Sequence record: NC_031126.1
DNA: 64,000 bases
Strand: one strand, 5' to 3'
This document shows, piece after piece, positions 45,489-54,889 of this stretch (its first letter is position 1; each line of letters opens with the position of its first letter). The translations under genes were made by a program, and so were the position numbers. The notes beneath the pieces are model-generated. The model was given only the letters and a program-made list of their open reading frames with translations, searched no databases and was not told the DNA's origin.

Positions 45489-46088
45489 ATGTCGCAAAGT
45501 GACCACTTTCTGCTTAATGCAGTGCGCTCATTAACTAGCTATGAGCGCACCCGCGCTGGCCGCTTTATCCACGTCGGATGCCCGAAGGAACTGTTCGATA
45601 AGTTTCTTGCGCACAAACAACTTGGCCCATGGTTGCGGAGGAACTTCCCAGAGTCTCTAAAGATGTTAAAAGACTGGGATAGTAAACCTACCCGAGATGA
45701 GCGCGATGCTCGCCTTGACCCGTACAAGGTGATTAACGACCGCTTCTTAGCGCAACGTGTGATCATGTACTACACCCACAATGGATATTCGTGGGCCGAG
45801 TGGGCTGATTGGGAAAATAACACCAATCACCTTCTTGAGATTGAAGCGGATACAGCGGTTGAACCCGCGCTACCGGCAGGTGCTCTCATGGAATTTGAAA
45901 ATCCAAAAACCATGTATCTCGAATCGCTGTTCCTGCATGGCACGATGCCGCTGTATAATCACAAACTGTGCATCTGGTTAACCGAGCAGGTAATAGAAGT
46001 ATTGCAGTCTGACGTGGCATGGCAGCAGGGTGAGAAAGTTCGTGAGATGCAAGAGATTCGTCTTGCTTCAACGAAACGGAGCCAGTAA
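45489..46088 (+). CDS. Hypothetical protein
   Basis: Start reassigned to ATG 45489 (GAAGGA RBS); the track start at 45381 spans the terminator at 45434-45468. Confidence 0.7.
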   Translation: MSQSDHFLLNAVRSLTSYERTRAGRFIHVGCPKELFDKFLAHKQLGPWLRRNFPESLKMLKDWDSKPTRDERDARLDPYKVINDRFLAQRVIMYYTHNGYSWAEWADWENNTNHLLEIEADTAVEPALPAGALMEFENPKTMYLESLFLHGTMPLYNHKLCIWLTEQVIEVLQSDVAWQQGEKVREMQEIRLASTKRSQ

Positions 46089-46092
46089 TAAC

Positions 46093-46133
46093 GAGAGAAC
46101 CCTCCGGGGTTCTCTTCTTTTTTTCTTTTTTTT
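46093..46133 (+). terminator. Intrinsic terminator
   Basis: GAGAACCC-TCCG-GGGTTCTC followed by a long T tract. Confidence 0.8.
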
Positions 46134-46186
46134 ACATGAGGTATTAGTCATTATGTAGAACTCAAACTTTCGCATTAGGTCAAAAA

Positions 46187-48697
46187 ATGTTCAAAGTAGA
46201 ACGGATTACATTAAAAGGCTTTACCGGGATGGGTCTGCACGAAATCGAAACATTTGATTTTAAAGTGGAATCAATGACGACCATCATTCTGGGCGGGAAT
46301 GGTTGCGGTAAGACCAGTTTACTGGCAGTGTATTTCCCGTTAGCACCAAGCAAAACCGAATTTGTCGATGGGGGTTCATACACCAACGTCGCTAAATGCG
46401 ATGACAAACGCTATAAGTTTTTTGTCAAAAAGAACGGCAGCAGCTTAGTCTGCTCAATTACTGATATGGATACCGGTGCGCTTATCGTCGATGGCGTCAA
46501 TCCCAAAGTTTACAATGCGCGCGTCGAAGATATCACCGGGCTGAATAAAGAAGTAAAAGAACTCGTTAACGGCGAATCTGTCCTGACGCGGGCGAATACT
46601 GAATTACGGCGTCGTTGGTTTACGCGGCTGTCTACCTCAGATTTGAGCTTTGCGTTAGACTTCTACAAGAAGCTGCGGAAGAACCTGAGTTTGACCAACG
46701 GGGCTATCGATCACACGGCGAAGAAAGTCGCCGACATGAAAATGCGGGTGATTGAAGACGAAGGAGAGCGTGAGCGTCTGTCTCAACGTTTAACGGAGTT
46801 GGAGCAAGAGCTAGGCGAGCTGAACAAACTCATCAACTGCCTACCTGGCATCAGCATTGGTGTGTCTGCATCGACGATTCGTTCTAAGCTGAATGGGTTA
46901 GGTCCAGATGTTGAGGAGATACTGGCTGCTAAGACGCTACCGACACCGGTCACCATCGAAGCTGCATTGCATAGCCTGAATACGTGGCGTGAGTTGTCTT
47001 CGGCCGCAGAGGCCAGCGTTAACACGTACAATAAAGAATTGTCGTTGCTGCTAGACGAGGTGAACCGTCAGGAATATCTGATGCGTAACCACGCGGGATT
47101 AAAGGATACACTGGAGCGTTTGAGTTTGGACCTTACTAACCATTGCGTTGAGCATTGGATGTGGGGTGATTTGGCGATGAGCGATACCATCTCCATTCAA
47201 ATGCTGCGTAAAGCGCAATCAGATGCTCGTCAGTGGTCGCGTGAGCTGTCAGGGGCAGTGGACTATGTCCACACCAACGACAAGCTGAGAAAGGCGGAGG
47301 AAGACCTCCTGAACCACGACGCCACATCGGTTGCTTATAAAGAGAAACGCCAGCGAGCGGTGAATATCCTTGAACGCCTACAACACGACCGTACTCACTT
47401 CCTCGATACTCAGGAAGTGGACTGTCCGAAATGTAATTATCGTTTCCGTCCGGGCGTCAATGATAGTCTTGAAAACATCGATGCCAGCATTGCAAAACAG
47501 AATGGGTGGATTCGTGAGCTGGATGTCGCGCTTGAAACGCACATGCAAACACGTTCGGTATTAGAAGAAGATGTGAACGCTAAGCGGAAAATCCGTGATG
47601 TTATCATGACTTATTCTCGCGACCCAATTGTGGCACTGTTTTTCAAGACAGTTCAAGCGGAAGATGCGTTTGTTCCTAACCGTCACAAGTTATCCAGTCT
47701 GGTGAATCACTTCCTAACCGAGCTGGAAGAAGCCATCAGTTACCGGACAACATACGACCAACTCAAGAAAGCGGAGCGGGAATGGGATGAAGCGGTACGT
47801 GCAGTAGGCAATGTGGATGTGGCGCTTGAAAAGAAAGTGCAGCGTTTGCGGGGTCTACTGGATGAAGAATCCGTTAAACTTACTACTGCCCGTGCTGGAT
47901 TGAAAGACGCGCAAGATGAGCACGACCGACAACAATCGCTCTATGCGCGCGCTGACGTGGTTCTGCGGGCTTGGGAAGGGATAGAGCAGGATATCGAGAC
48001 TTCGACTAACAACGAGGCTGTGAGATACCTTATACAGCAGCGTGAGAACAAACTCGATGCCTACGCTACGGCGCGTGACCGTTTCCGTGGGATGGAATCA
48101 GAAATGATTACGTTGGCTGGGCTGGAAGCGGAATTGACCGACCTGAAAGTAAGGCAGTTTAATAACCGTCAGATGATTACTGCATTCTCACCTGAAAAAG
48201 GTGTGCTTAGTCGTTACATCTACAACTCGGTAGTCCGCATCACGGAACTGATGAATAAATACATTGGGGCCGTGTGGAACTATCCGATGCAGGTCCTGCC
48301 GTGTGACGTCAGTGAAGGTGATATGGATTACACCTTCCCTTATCTGCTGAACAATCAACCGACGCCGGTTCCGGACGTCTGTAAAGGTTCTAAAGCACAA
48401 CAGAACATCTTTAACTTAGCGTATCGCCTGACAGGGTACAAAGCCATGAATTTACATGGCTATCCATTGTTATTGGATGAACCCTCTGAAGGCATGGATG
48501 AAGAGCACCGGCATGCGTTAGTGGGTTTTATCAAAATGCTGATTAATTCTGGTGAGTTCTCGCAGGTTATTGTGGTTTCACACGATGCTGATGTGCACTC
48601 GAAACTTAATGAAGCATCCTATTGTGTTATCGATCCAACGGGCGTTACATTGCCCCCGGTGTACAATACGGGTGTGAAGATTGTTTACGCGGACTGA
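46187..48697 (+). CDS. sbcC: SbcC/Rad50-like SMC ATPase (recombination/repair exonuclease subunit)
   Basis: Walker A GGNGCGKTS, long coiled coils with a CPKC zinc hook, signature-like SKAQQ, Walker B LLLDEP, terminal VSH. Confidence 0.92.
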   Translation: MFKVERITLKGFTGMGLHEIETFDFKVESMTTIILGGNGCGKTSLLAVYFPLAPSKTEFVDGGSYTNVAKCDDKRYKFFVKKNGSSLVCSITDMDTGALIVDGVNPKVYNARVEDITGLNKEVKELVNGESVLTRANTELRRRWFTRLSTSDLSFALDFYKKLRKNLSLTNGAIDHTAKKVADMKMRVIEDEGERERLSQRLTELEQELGELNKLINCLPGISIGVSASTIRSKLNGLGPDVEEILAAKTLPTPVTIEAALHSLNTWRELSSAAEASVNTYNKELSLLLDEVNRQEYLMRNHAGLKDTLERLSLDLTNHCVEHWMWGDLAMSDTISIQMLRKAQSDARQWSRELSGAVDYVHTNDKLRKAEEDLLNHDATSVAYKEKRQRAVNILERLQHDRTHFLDTQEVDCPKCNYRFRPGVNDSLENIDASIAKQNGWIRELDVALETHMQTRSVLEEDVNAKRKIRDVIMTYSRDPIVALFFKTVQAEDAFVPNRHKLSSLVNHFLTELEEAISYRTTYDQLKKAEREWDEAVRAVGNVDVALEKKVQRLRGLLDEESVKLTTARAGLKDAQDEHDRQQSLYARADVVLRAWEGIEQDIETSTNNEAVRYLIQQRENKLDAYATARDRFRGMESEMITLAGLEAELTDLKVRQFNNRQMITAFSPEKGVLSRYIYNSVVRITELMNKYIGAVWNYPMQVLPCDVSEGDMDYTFPYLLNNQPTPVPDVCKGSKAQQNIFNLAYRLTGYKAMNLHGYPLLLDEPSEGMDEEHRHALVGFIKMLINSGEFSQVIVVSHDADVHSKLNEASYCVIDPTGVTLPPVYNTGVKIVYAD

Positions 48698-48700
48698 TAA

Positions 48701-48850
48701 ATGTTTAATGCGTTAGTGACTGTTATTGCTTGGACGTGTGGGGCCGCTTATGTGGCTGGCCTCTTCACTGCTGTACTTATTGCACAACTTTGGCCAATGC
48801 CGGGTCGTGTTCTGGATTCCTGCTGGAAAAAATATAAGGAGTCGAAATGA
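48701..48850 (+). CDS. Small membrane protein, 49 aa (not in ORF track)
   Basis: MFNALVTVIAWTCGAAYVAGLFTAVLIAQLWPMPGRVLDSCWKKYKESK*; its stop overlaps the next ATG (ATGA). Confidence 0.55.
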   Translation: MFNALVTVIAWTCGAAYVAGLFTAVLIAQLWPMPGRVLDSCWKKYKESK

Positions 48851-48987
48851 CTGCTGAGTCGTTCGATGCGATTGTTACATCAGTGGCGTTTACGGGCCTC
48901 TGTTTGTGGATTGTGGGTAAAGCCCTCGGTTGGGTTTTGAAGCATGCAGAAAAGAAAGGAGCCTTAGATGGCCAAACAAACTGGTAA
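48847..48987 (+). CDS. Small membrane protein, 46 aa (not in ORF track)
   Basis: MTAESFDAIVTSVAFTGLCLWIVGKALGWVLKHAEKKGALDGQTNW*; AAGGAG RBS. Confidence 0.6.
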   Translation: MTAESFDAIVTSVAFTGLCLWIVGKALGWVLKHAEKKGALDGQTNW

Positions 48988-49183
48988 GTGGTCTAAGACC
49001 AGCTTTTGGTTAGAGCTGGCGTTTGTTGTTATCCTGAGTGCGATGGCGATGTGGAAGGGACCTGACCGCTTTGACTTTATCATTGCGTTGCTGGTAGGCT
49101 TTGTGTGGGGTGCCCGCTACGTCAAAGAACCTTGTATTTTCAAACGGATGATTCTGCGTAAGAAATGCGACTGTTGCAAATAA
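48968..49183 (+). CDS. Small two-TM membrane protein
   Basis: 71 aa, two hydrophobic segments, basic Cys-ending tail; AAGGAG RBS. Confidence 0.7.
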   Translation: MAKQTGKWSKTSFWLELAFVVILSAMAMWKGPDRFDFIIALLVGFVWGARYVKEPCIFKRMILRKKCDCCK

Positions 49184-49281
49184 TCTTTGGGCTCCTACTC
49201 AGTGGCGGTGTAGGAGCTGTATGTTTTACGCTGGGTGCAGTATTGTGTCTCACTCAAGGCTGGTTCTAAGGGGTATCAGCA

Positions 49282-49512
49282 ATGGAAGAAGACAGCATAG
49301 AAGCAAGAGCAAAAACTATTATCTGTATTCAACTTGGTGTAGGCTTGGGGATAGGTCGTGGCATCAAGTTTGAAGAGCCTGAAGTGTGTCGTGATGACGG
49401 GTTTTTAGAAGAACGTCGTTGGGGCGAGGATTGGCGTGGGGATAGCCTGCGTCATGAACGAAGGCTGCGCAATAGAACACACGGTCGAATTATACGTCCG
49501 CAGAAACGTTAA
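49282..49512 (+). CDS. Hypothetical small basic protein
   Basis: 76 aa, AAGGGG RBS, Arg-rich C-terminus. Confidence 0.5.
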   Translation: MEEDSIEARAKTIICIQLGVGLGIGRGIKFEEPEVCRDDGFLEERRWGEDWRGDSLRHERRLRNRTHGRIIRPQKR

Positions 49513-49626
49513 AATAATAACCGCAAATCGTATGCGGGTAAATAAGATAGATACACGCACAAATCTTTACTTCGTTACTTCATTCTCAGCAAACGTTGGC
49601 TGCTGGGACCACTCAGGAAATCCAAG

Positions 49627-50106
49627 ATGACCGAGATTGTTATCCTTGATAACGCTTCGCAGTTGACATCAGAGCAGCAGAAGCAGGTTCTTAAACTACA
49701 TTACTCTTTTTTGAATTATCAGCGGTCCGCACTTGAAGCCGACCACCCCATCCCAGAATTACGTGTTGAGCAACTGTTTGCGGGCAACCGCATCGGCCTT
49801 GCAATGCATAACGGGCAACCGGTGGCTTACTGCGTTTACCGTATTATCGGCGGTGTCTTAAAGATACGCTCCATCTTCGTTATGGAATCGTTCCGTCGTA
49901 ATGGCCTTATGACTGATTTACTCAACAACATCCGCCAGCACTCAACGTTCTGGCAGGCGTGTCTGACCGTCCACAAAAATTGTAAAGCCGCCGTTTCGTT
50001 CTTCAAAGGGCGGGGTTACAAAGCCACCGATGATGGCGACTGGGCACAGATGGCCTACTTTGTGACTGAAAGTAGCTCAGAAACACCCTTAGCAGCAACA
50101 GCATAA
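49627..50106 (+). CDS. GNAT family acetyltransferase
   Basis: IRSIFV.ESFRRNGL.T.LL (motif A) and N..A..FF..RGY (motif B). Confidence 0.85.
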   Translation: MTEIVILDNASQLTSEQQKQVLKLHYSFLNYQRSALEADHPIPELRVEQLFAGNRIGLAMHNGQPVAYCVYRIIGGVLKIRSIFVMESFRRNGLMTDLLNNIRQHSTFWQACLTVHKNCKAAVSFFKGRGYKATDDGDWAQMAYFVTESSSETPLAATA

Positions 50107-50174
50107 ACGACAAGCTCTCCTACGTATACTTTTTCACTATGAGTGAAACTGTGTTTACGTAAGGAGAGCTATTT

Positions 50175-50504
50175 ATGTTTAACCCGCAACTTTCTGCATT
50201 CCCTGTTGAAATCTGTTGGCAGGAATATTCCCGCGTTATCCCTTTCTTGAAGGATACTTTGATGGAAAACCCGAAGCACGTTAACGTTGGTACCATTGGT
50301 CATGTTGACCATAGCCGTACCGCCGTTTCGGCTTGTGTATCTGGTGCGCTGGGCACGCTACCGAAACAAGGTTACGATTGGACACCGCTGACCAAACATC
50401 AGCAACCGTTAAATGCGATGAACGCCACCATGTTGGATGTTCTCGAAGATGCCTTACTCAACGGTAAAAATGTCCACTTAGCGCGTATCCATCCGGTGGA
50501 ATAG
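50175..50504 (+). CDS. Small protein carrying the EF-Tu N-terminal motif [12 protein letters not shown]
   Basis: Exact 12-residue match to the EF-Tu N-terminus at 50277-50312; an internal AAGGA RBS with ATG 50262 would give an 80-aa product starting [20 protein letters not shown]. Confidence 0.7.
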   Translation: [109 protein letters not shown]

Positions 50505-50515
50505 TTTTTTACGTC

Positions 50516-51082
50516 ATGAACCTTTGTTGTGTTGAATCCCAGGAGCTTATCATGAACTACGAAGATATCGTCAGTGCTATCGGTGAAGAATGGAGTGCCC
50601 GACACGACCAAGGCGAAGCTGGTACTTTTGCGGTAAAGGCAATGGGTAAGATTGTTACTCCCTGGGCGCGCGAGTACATCGCCCAAGGGTACGAGCCACT
50701 GATAGCCGAATATGAGAAATCGTTAGTGGCATCAAAGTCAGGTTATGGCCGGGTCTTTTACATTTATGGTGACCGGTCGGAAATGGTTTTACACATCGAA
50801 GTTCCTAGTGCGGATTTGAAAGCACTCTGGCCGATACCTTTACCACAGCAAGCGGTCATCGCTTTGACTGAGTTAACGGGTCGTGTTGATCCGCCCATTG
50901 AAATTATCAATGAAGAAAATCGACTTTACGCTAACTCGGGCTTGGCTATTGCTTTGACGTATTACGAACAATACATTCATCCAGTACGTGACGGTTACAA
51001 ACGGGTGTTCTATTACACCCGCAAATTAGCCTTCCCGCATCCGTATGTCTTTACTCACATTGACACGGAGTTAGCATCATGA
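50516..51082 (+). CDS. Hypothetical protein
   Basis: ~180 aa; AGGAG RBS before ATG ~50550; stop overlaps the next start. Confidence 0.7.
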   Translation: MNLCCVESQELIMNYEDIVSAIGEEWSARHDQGEAGTFAVKAMGKIVTPWAREYIAQGYEPLIAEYEKSLVASKSGYGRVFYIYGDRSEMVLHIEVPSADLKALWPIPLPQQAVIALTELTGRVDPPIEIINEENRLYANSGLAIALTYYEQYIHPVRDGYKRVFYYTRKLAFPHPYVFTHIDTELAS

Positions 51083-51384
51083 GGGATGGTTGGGTAAAAG
51101 TAATGTGGGTACGTCCCGAGCTTGACTTAACGAGGTTTCCGCCAGTGTCCAGTATTCGAAATACAAAAAAAGCAATAGCCTGCTCCATAGACCGGGCTTT
51201 GGGTTTCCCATCGGCAAACGAAAAGACCATCTTTGTTACGGCATTAAAACCGGGGCAGGAAGAGTCTGCTTTAAAAGAAGCAGTGACAAAACGGATCTGC
51301 GGGCACATCGAGAAGATTTGCCAGTCCGAGTGGAACCGTTTGGCTAACGTGGGGTCGAGAACAATTGCTAATCTTCCGCGATGA
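51079..51384 (+). CDS. Hypothetical protein
   Basis: 101 aa, ATGA overlap with the upstream gene. Confidence 0.55.
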   Translation: MRDGWVKVMWVRPELDLTRFPPVSSIRNTKKAIACSIDRALGFPSANEKTIFVTALKPGQEESALKEAVTKRICGHIEKICQSEWNRLANVGSRTIANLPR

Positions 51385-51850
51385 AGCCCATATCGACGGA
51401 GACCTCTTTAACGCGAAAGAACCCTACAAAGTGGTGACGATTAACTGCGTAGGGGCGATGGGCAAAGGAATTGCCCTCGCTTGTAAAGAGCGTTTTCCTA
51501 GAATCTATGAGGACTACCGCTTGCGTTGCAAGCAAAATGAGATTCTAATCGGTAACGTCTATCTCTACGAGGAAGAGAAAATTATCTTGTTACCGACTAA
51601 AACTCATTTTAAGTACCGTTCAGAAATCGCATACGTGACCACTGGCATCGATGCCCTGGCCCGTCTTGGAAACGACCTGAGCGAAGACATCGCTATCCCG
51701 CCTTTAGGCATGGCGAATGGTTGGCTGCGCGAGTATGAACGCGCCATCATTTATCGTCATCTGTACGACGCACTGAATTCCGGAGAACGTAACTATCGCA
51801 TCTACTTACCCAAAGCGTTAATGATAGAGGCTAAGAAAACTCTACTGTAA
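51365..51850 (+). CDS. Macrodomain (DarG/TARG1-like ADP-ribosyl glycohydrolase)
   Basis: GDLF, TINCVGAMGKGIAL..K..FP, I.LLPTK.H, IAIP.LG..NG.L motifs. Confidence 0.88.
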   Translation: MLIFRDEAHIDGDLFNAKEPYKVVTINCVGAMGKGIALACKERFPRIYEDYRLRCKQNEILIGNVYLYEEEKIILLPTKTHFKYRSEIAYVTTGIDALARLGNDLSEDIAIPPLGMANGWLREYERAIIYRHLYDALNSGERNYRIYLPKALMIEAKKTLL

Positions 51851-51857
51851 ACATTCT

Positions 51858-51879
51858 TAAATAGATATTATCTATTGGG
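51858..51879 (+). promoter_or_regulatory. Putative phage early promoter (copy 3)
   Basis: TAAATAGATATTATCTATTGGG, intergenic, upstream of the SLT gene. Confidence 0.55.
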
Positions 51880-51963
51880 CACTTAACAAGGAGTCAATCG
51901 CTGTCCGCGCCGTCAACTCGTGGTGAGTGGCGGAAAAGTATACATCCCTCCGGAGAACCGATC

Positions 51964-52734
51964 ATGTTTCGTATCATTTTTCTTATTCTGGCAGTAATGT
52001 TGACGTTTAATGCACACGCATCAAAATCCACTTCTGCGAAGAAAGACTACAGTACAGAGTTCGCCAAAATCGAACACAGGTTTGTGAAAGTCAAACCGAT
52101 GATTGAGAAAATTTCAGCACAGCAAGGTGTACACGCTGGCCTGATGACTACTCTCATCTATAAGGAATCACGCTTCGATCCGAAAGCGAAGAACAAAGAA
52201 GGCAGCAGCGCACACAGCCTCGTCCAAATGACCCGGCCCACGAAACGTTCGATGCTCAAGTTGTACGGCAAGCAGCTAGGACTGCCCAAGAACGCCGATC
52301 TGAATAACCCCCGCAATGCTATCTTATTAGCTACTGCTTATCTCAACCACATTGAGGGTGAACTGGAAAGACGACTCAAACGCAAGCCGACTAATGCCGA
52401 GATTTATCTCGGGTACCGTTTCGGCGAAGGTACTGCGTACACCATGATTAAGAAGAAGTCTCCCCGTGGAGCCAGAGAGATGCGTCAGTATAAACGTGAT
52501 GCTTCTTTCTACAGCGCACTGGTAGAACCTGTGGTAACCGCAGAAACCCCTAAACAGCTTGCTTTTGTGAAGACAGATGACACTGAGAAGGTCATCGAAA
52601 TTCAGCAAATCTGGCACACGTTATACGGCGCATACGCACCGGTAACAAGCCCACGTCAGTTGGCGGCCAATAACATCAATATAGGAGCGAACCTTGAACA
52701 TCGTCACACAACCCTGGTATCCAGGATTATGTAA
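51964..52734 (+). CDS. Lytic transglycosylase (SLT, phiKZ gp144-like catalytic domain) with N-terminal signal peptide
   Basis: MFRIIFLILAVMLTFNAHA signal; LIYKESRFDP.A.N..SSA..L.Q (catalytic Glu), D..NP..AI...T.YL, ..T.AEIY.GY.FG.G. Confidence 0.85.
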   Translation: MFRIIFLILAVMLTFNAHASKSTSAKKDYSTEFAKIEHRFVKVKPMIEKISAQQGVHAGLMTTLIYKESRFDPKAKNKEGSSAHSLVQMTRPTKRSMLKLYGKQLGLPKNADLNNPRNAILLATAYLNHIEGELERRLKRKPTNAEIYLGYRFGEGTAYTMIKKKSPRGAREMRQYKRDASFYSALVEPVVTAETPKQLAFVKTDDTEKVIEIQQIWHTLYGAYAPVTSPRQLAANNINIGANLEHRHTTLVSRIM

Positions 52735-53215
52735 AGCAGCCCAGTTAACCGCAGAAGACGTTCTGGCACTGGTCTTGCAGTCCACCGCGAAAGATGGCGG
52801 TGAAATGGTTAGTCGTGAAGACTTCGCGACCAAGCATGAGTTCTACGACGCGCTGAACAGTGCGTTCGGTGACGATGAAGACGAAGGGTTGGAGTTCGAC
52901 TGGAACATCAATCTTTCTCTGTTGTGGATTTGCGGTTTACGTCCGTCGATTAGTGACACGGAAATCGGTCAGGTTCTCACCTGGCGTCATTCTGACCCGT
53001 ACAATACTGACATGACCTTCAAGCAAGCGTACATGGCAGTGACGGTTCGTTTACAGGAACTGTGGTTGGGCGATGTGACTTACTGTCAGCGTTCGTTCCT
53101 GACCATTCTGGAAAAGCTGGCCATTACGCACAAAATCTGGCGTAGTGACACGGCACCGGAACAACTCTTCGTTATTGAAACGCAGGTGATTCCAAACCAG
53201 CCGTTCTTCGAATAA
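52694..53215 (+). CDS. Hypothetical protein
   Basis: Acidic ~170-aa ORF, start uncertain; terminator AACCAGACC-TCCG-GGTCTGGTT at 53222-53243. Confidence 0.6.
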   Translation: MNIVTQPWYPGLCKAAQLTAEDVLALVLQSTAKDGGEMVSREDFATKHEFYDALNSAFGDDEDEGLEFDWNINLSLLWICGLRPSISDTEIGQVLTWRHSDPYNTDMTFKQAYMAVTVRLQELWLGDVTYCQRSFLTILEKLAITHKIWRSDTAPEQLFVIETQVIPNQPFFE

Positions 53216-53336
53216 CAACTGAACCAGACCTCCGGGTCTGGTTCTTTTTAATTTTAATGGGAAATCCAAAAGTTTGGCTGACGTGCATAATTTACGTATT
53301 AGGCCAGTCTTTTGATTATACTACCGGAGCACACCC

Positions 53337-53921
53337 ATGTCCGTATTACCTGATATCATTATTGATAAAATCATTGCTTGGACACCTACTGGCAATGCCT
53401 TCCGTGGCAAGTTAATGACCCGCTATCTGTTCTGGGTACTACTGGCCTTTAGCTTCCCGCTGATGGTCATCTTTTGGTTTGGTCTGTTCGGCACATTAGA
53501 TTCCATACTCGGTCGTCCTGTATTGGATGATAAGGTACTCCCCACCATTGAAGTAATCTGGTGTACGCCGTTCTGCGCTTTCCTACTACGTGGTTGGCTT
53601 AAACGCAGTTGGGCAAAGAAATCGATTCTGACTACAGATGATGTATACTCACTGATTGGCTACGGTAAAGAATTGATAAAGACCAACGGTAAGAAGATTT
53701 CTTGGTCGGTTATCGTTGCGGGTAGTAAGCCAGTGACTTTACTAGGGAACGGGGAGAGTATCCCACGGTTCCCGACGAGGGTACGCAGTAATGATGTTAT
53801 AGGTGGTATTCTCTGTGCCATGTACCAGGAAGGCGGGTGGAGCGTTCTCCCCAAAGAAGCCTGGTCTTTCTTCAATGAATACCCATTCGCATTCCGTGCT
53901 TTTTATTCTAACTACCGTTAA
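53337..53921 (+). CDS. Hypothetical membrane protein
   Basis: 194 aa with two N-terminal hydrophobic helices; GGAG RBS. Confidence 0.7.
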   Translation: MSVLPDIIIDKIIAWTPTGNAFRGKLMTRYLFWVLLAFSFPLMVIFWFGLFGTLDSILGRPVLDDKVLPTIEVIWCTPFCAFLLRGWLKRSWAKKSILTTDDVYSLIGYGKELIKTNGKKISWSVIVAGSKPVTLLGNGESIPRFPTRVRSNDVIGGILCAMYQEGGWSVLPKEAWSFFNEYPFAFRAFYSNYR

Positions 53922-53941
53922 TTATTAATAAGGATTATCCA

Positions 53942-54889
53942 ATGTTTACTCGTGAAATTATCAAAACTGTCGCACTCGCTTTGAATGACCGTTTCTATCA
54001 GACCAACCTGAATACGTTGGCGGCGTTGAGTCAGTTGCTACAGCGTAAACGCAACGGTTCGAATCACATCACGGATTACGAATTCTCTGCTATGCTACAT
54101 ACGCAGATTGAACGCGTCTTCCCGATTCCGTTTTTACGAATCGTAGTAGACGGCCGGAATCGTACCCTGACGATGGATGGCCATATGTTCGTACTACCGG
54201 AAGTGAAACCAGAACATGGGCACCATTTATTCCTATCCGGATACAACACCAATCCGTGGAACGTGGTTATCTCGGATGAAGAAGGTAACTACCACATCAT
54301 TGCATCCGGTGACCGCTATGCCATTCCACATGGCGAAATCAGCATTCCTTTCGACTTGGATGGGGCGGCACGTATGCCTGGTGCAATTCGACATGATAAC
54401 GTACTGATTTCCGGCAGCACGGTAACCTGGATTATCAATAGCTGGAGTGGCGCTGGTAAAATCCTGGCAAACACTGACAGTGGCCCAATCCCGATGGAGT
54501 TCCAACGTGTATTGAACCAGGATGCAAGTCCACTGGAACTGAATACAGCGGATAGCCTGAAAAGCACTTACATCGACCAAGACCTGTCTGAATCAATGGG
54601 TCTGGAACAACAACCGTATCCTTACAACGTTCACGATGTTATTGAGGCGTTGGTGCTGGCTAACAAGCTTAATGAAGATCTGCGCGGACGCATTCCCACC
54701 AACCAGACCACCGAAGCAGATAAAGAAGCGCTGGCCGCAGCGGTGAAGATTCAGGGTACCATTCAGTTCAATGATCTGTTGGCCGAAGTAATGGCTCTGC
54801 CTCCTAAGAAGCGTACGCAGAAAGCACTCAATGAAATTATTCCACGTCATCTGGAAAATATCTTGACTGTGCTCAACGCGAAAAAATAA
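53942..54889 (+). CDS. Hypothetical protein
   Basis: 315 aa, AAGGA RBS. Confidence 0.75.
   Translation: MFTREIIKTVALALNDRFYQTNLNTLAALSQLLQRKRNGSNHITDYEFSAMLHTQIERVFPIPFLRIVVDGRNRTLTMDGHMFVLPEVKPEHGHHLFLSGYNTNPWNVVISDEEGNYHIIASGDRYAIPHGEISIPFDLDGAARMPGAIRHDNVLISGSTVTWIINSWSGAGKILANTDSGPIPMEFQRVLNQDASPLELNTADSLKSTYIDQDLSESMGLEQQPYPYNVHDVIEALVLANKLNEDLRGRIPTNQTTEADKEALAAAVKIQGTIQFNDLLAEVMALPPKKRTQKALNEIIPRHLENILTVLNAKK

Noticed and set aside
49545-49560. AAGATAGATAC as a fifth early-promoter copy
   Set aside because: Matches only the left half; the ATTA(T/C)CT half is missing.
50175-50504. Functional tuf (EF-Tu) gene or frameshifted pseudogene
   Set aside because: Similarity ends after ~20 residues, the P-loop Lys is absent, and no downstream EF-Tu motifs (DCPGH, NKCD) appear in the listed ORFs nearby.
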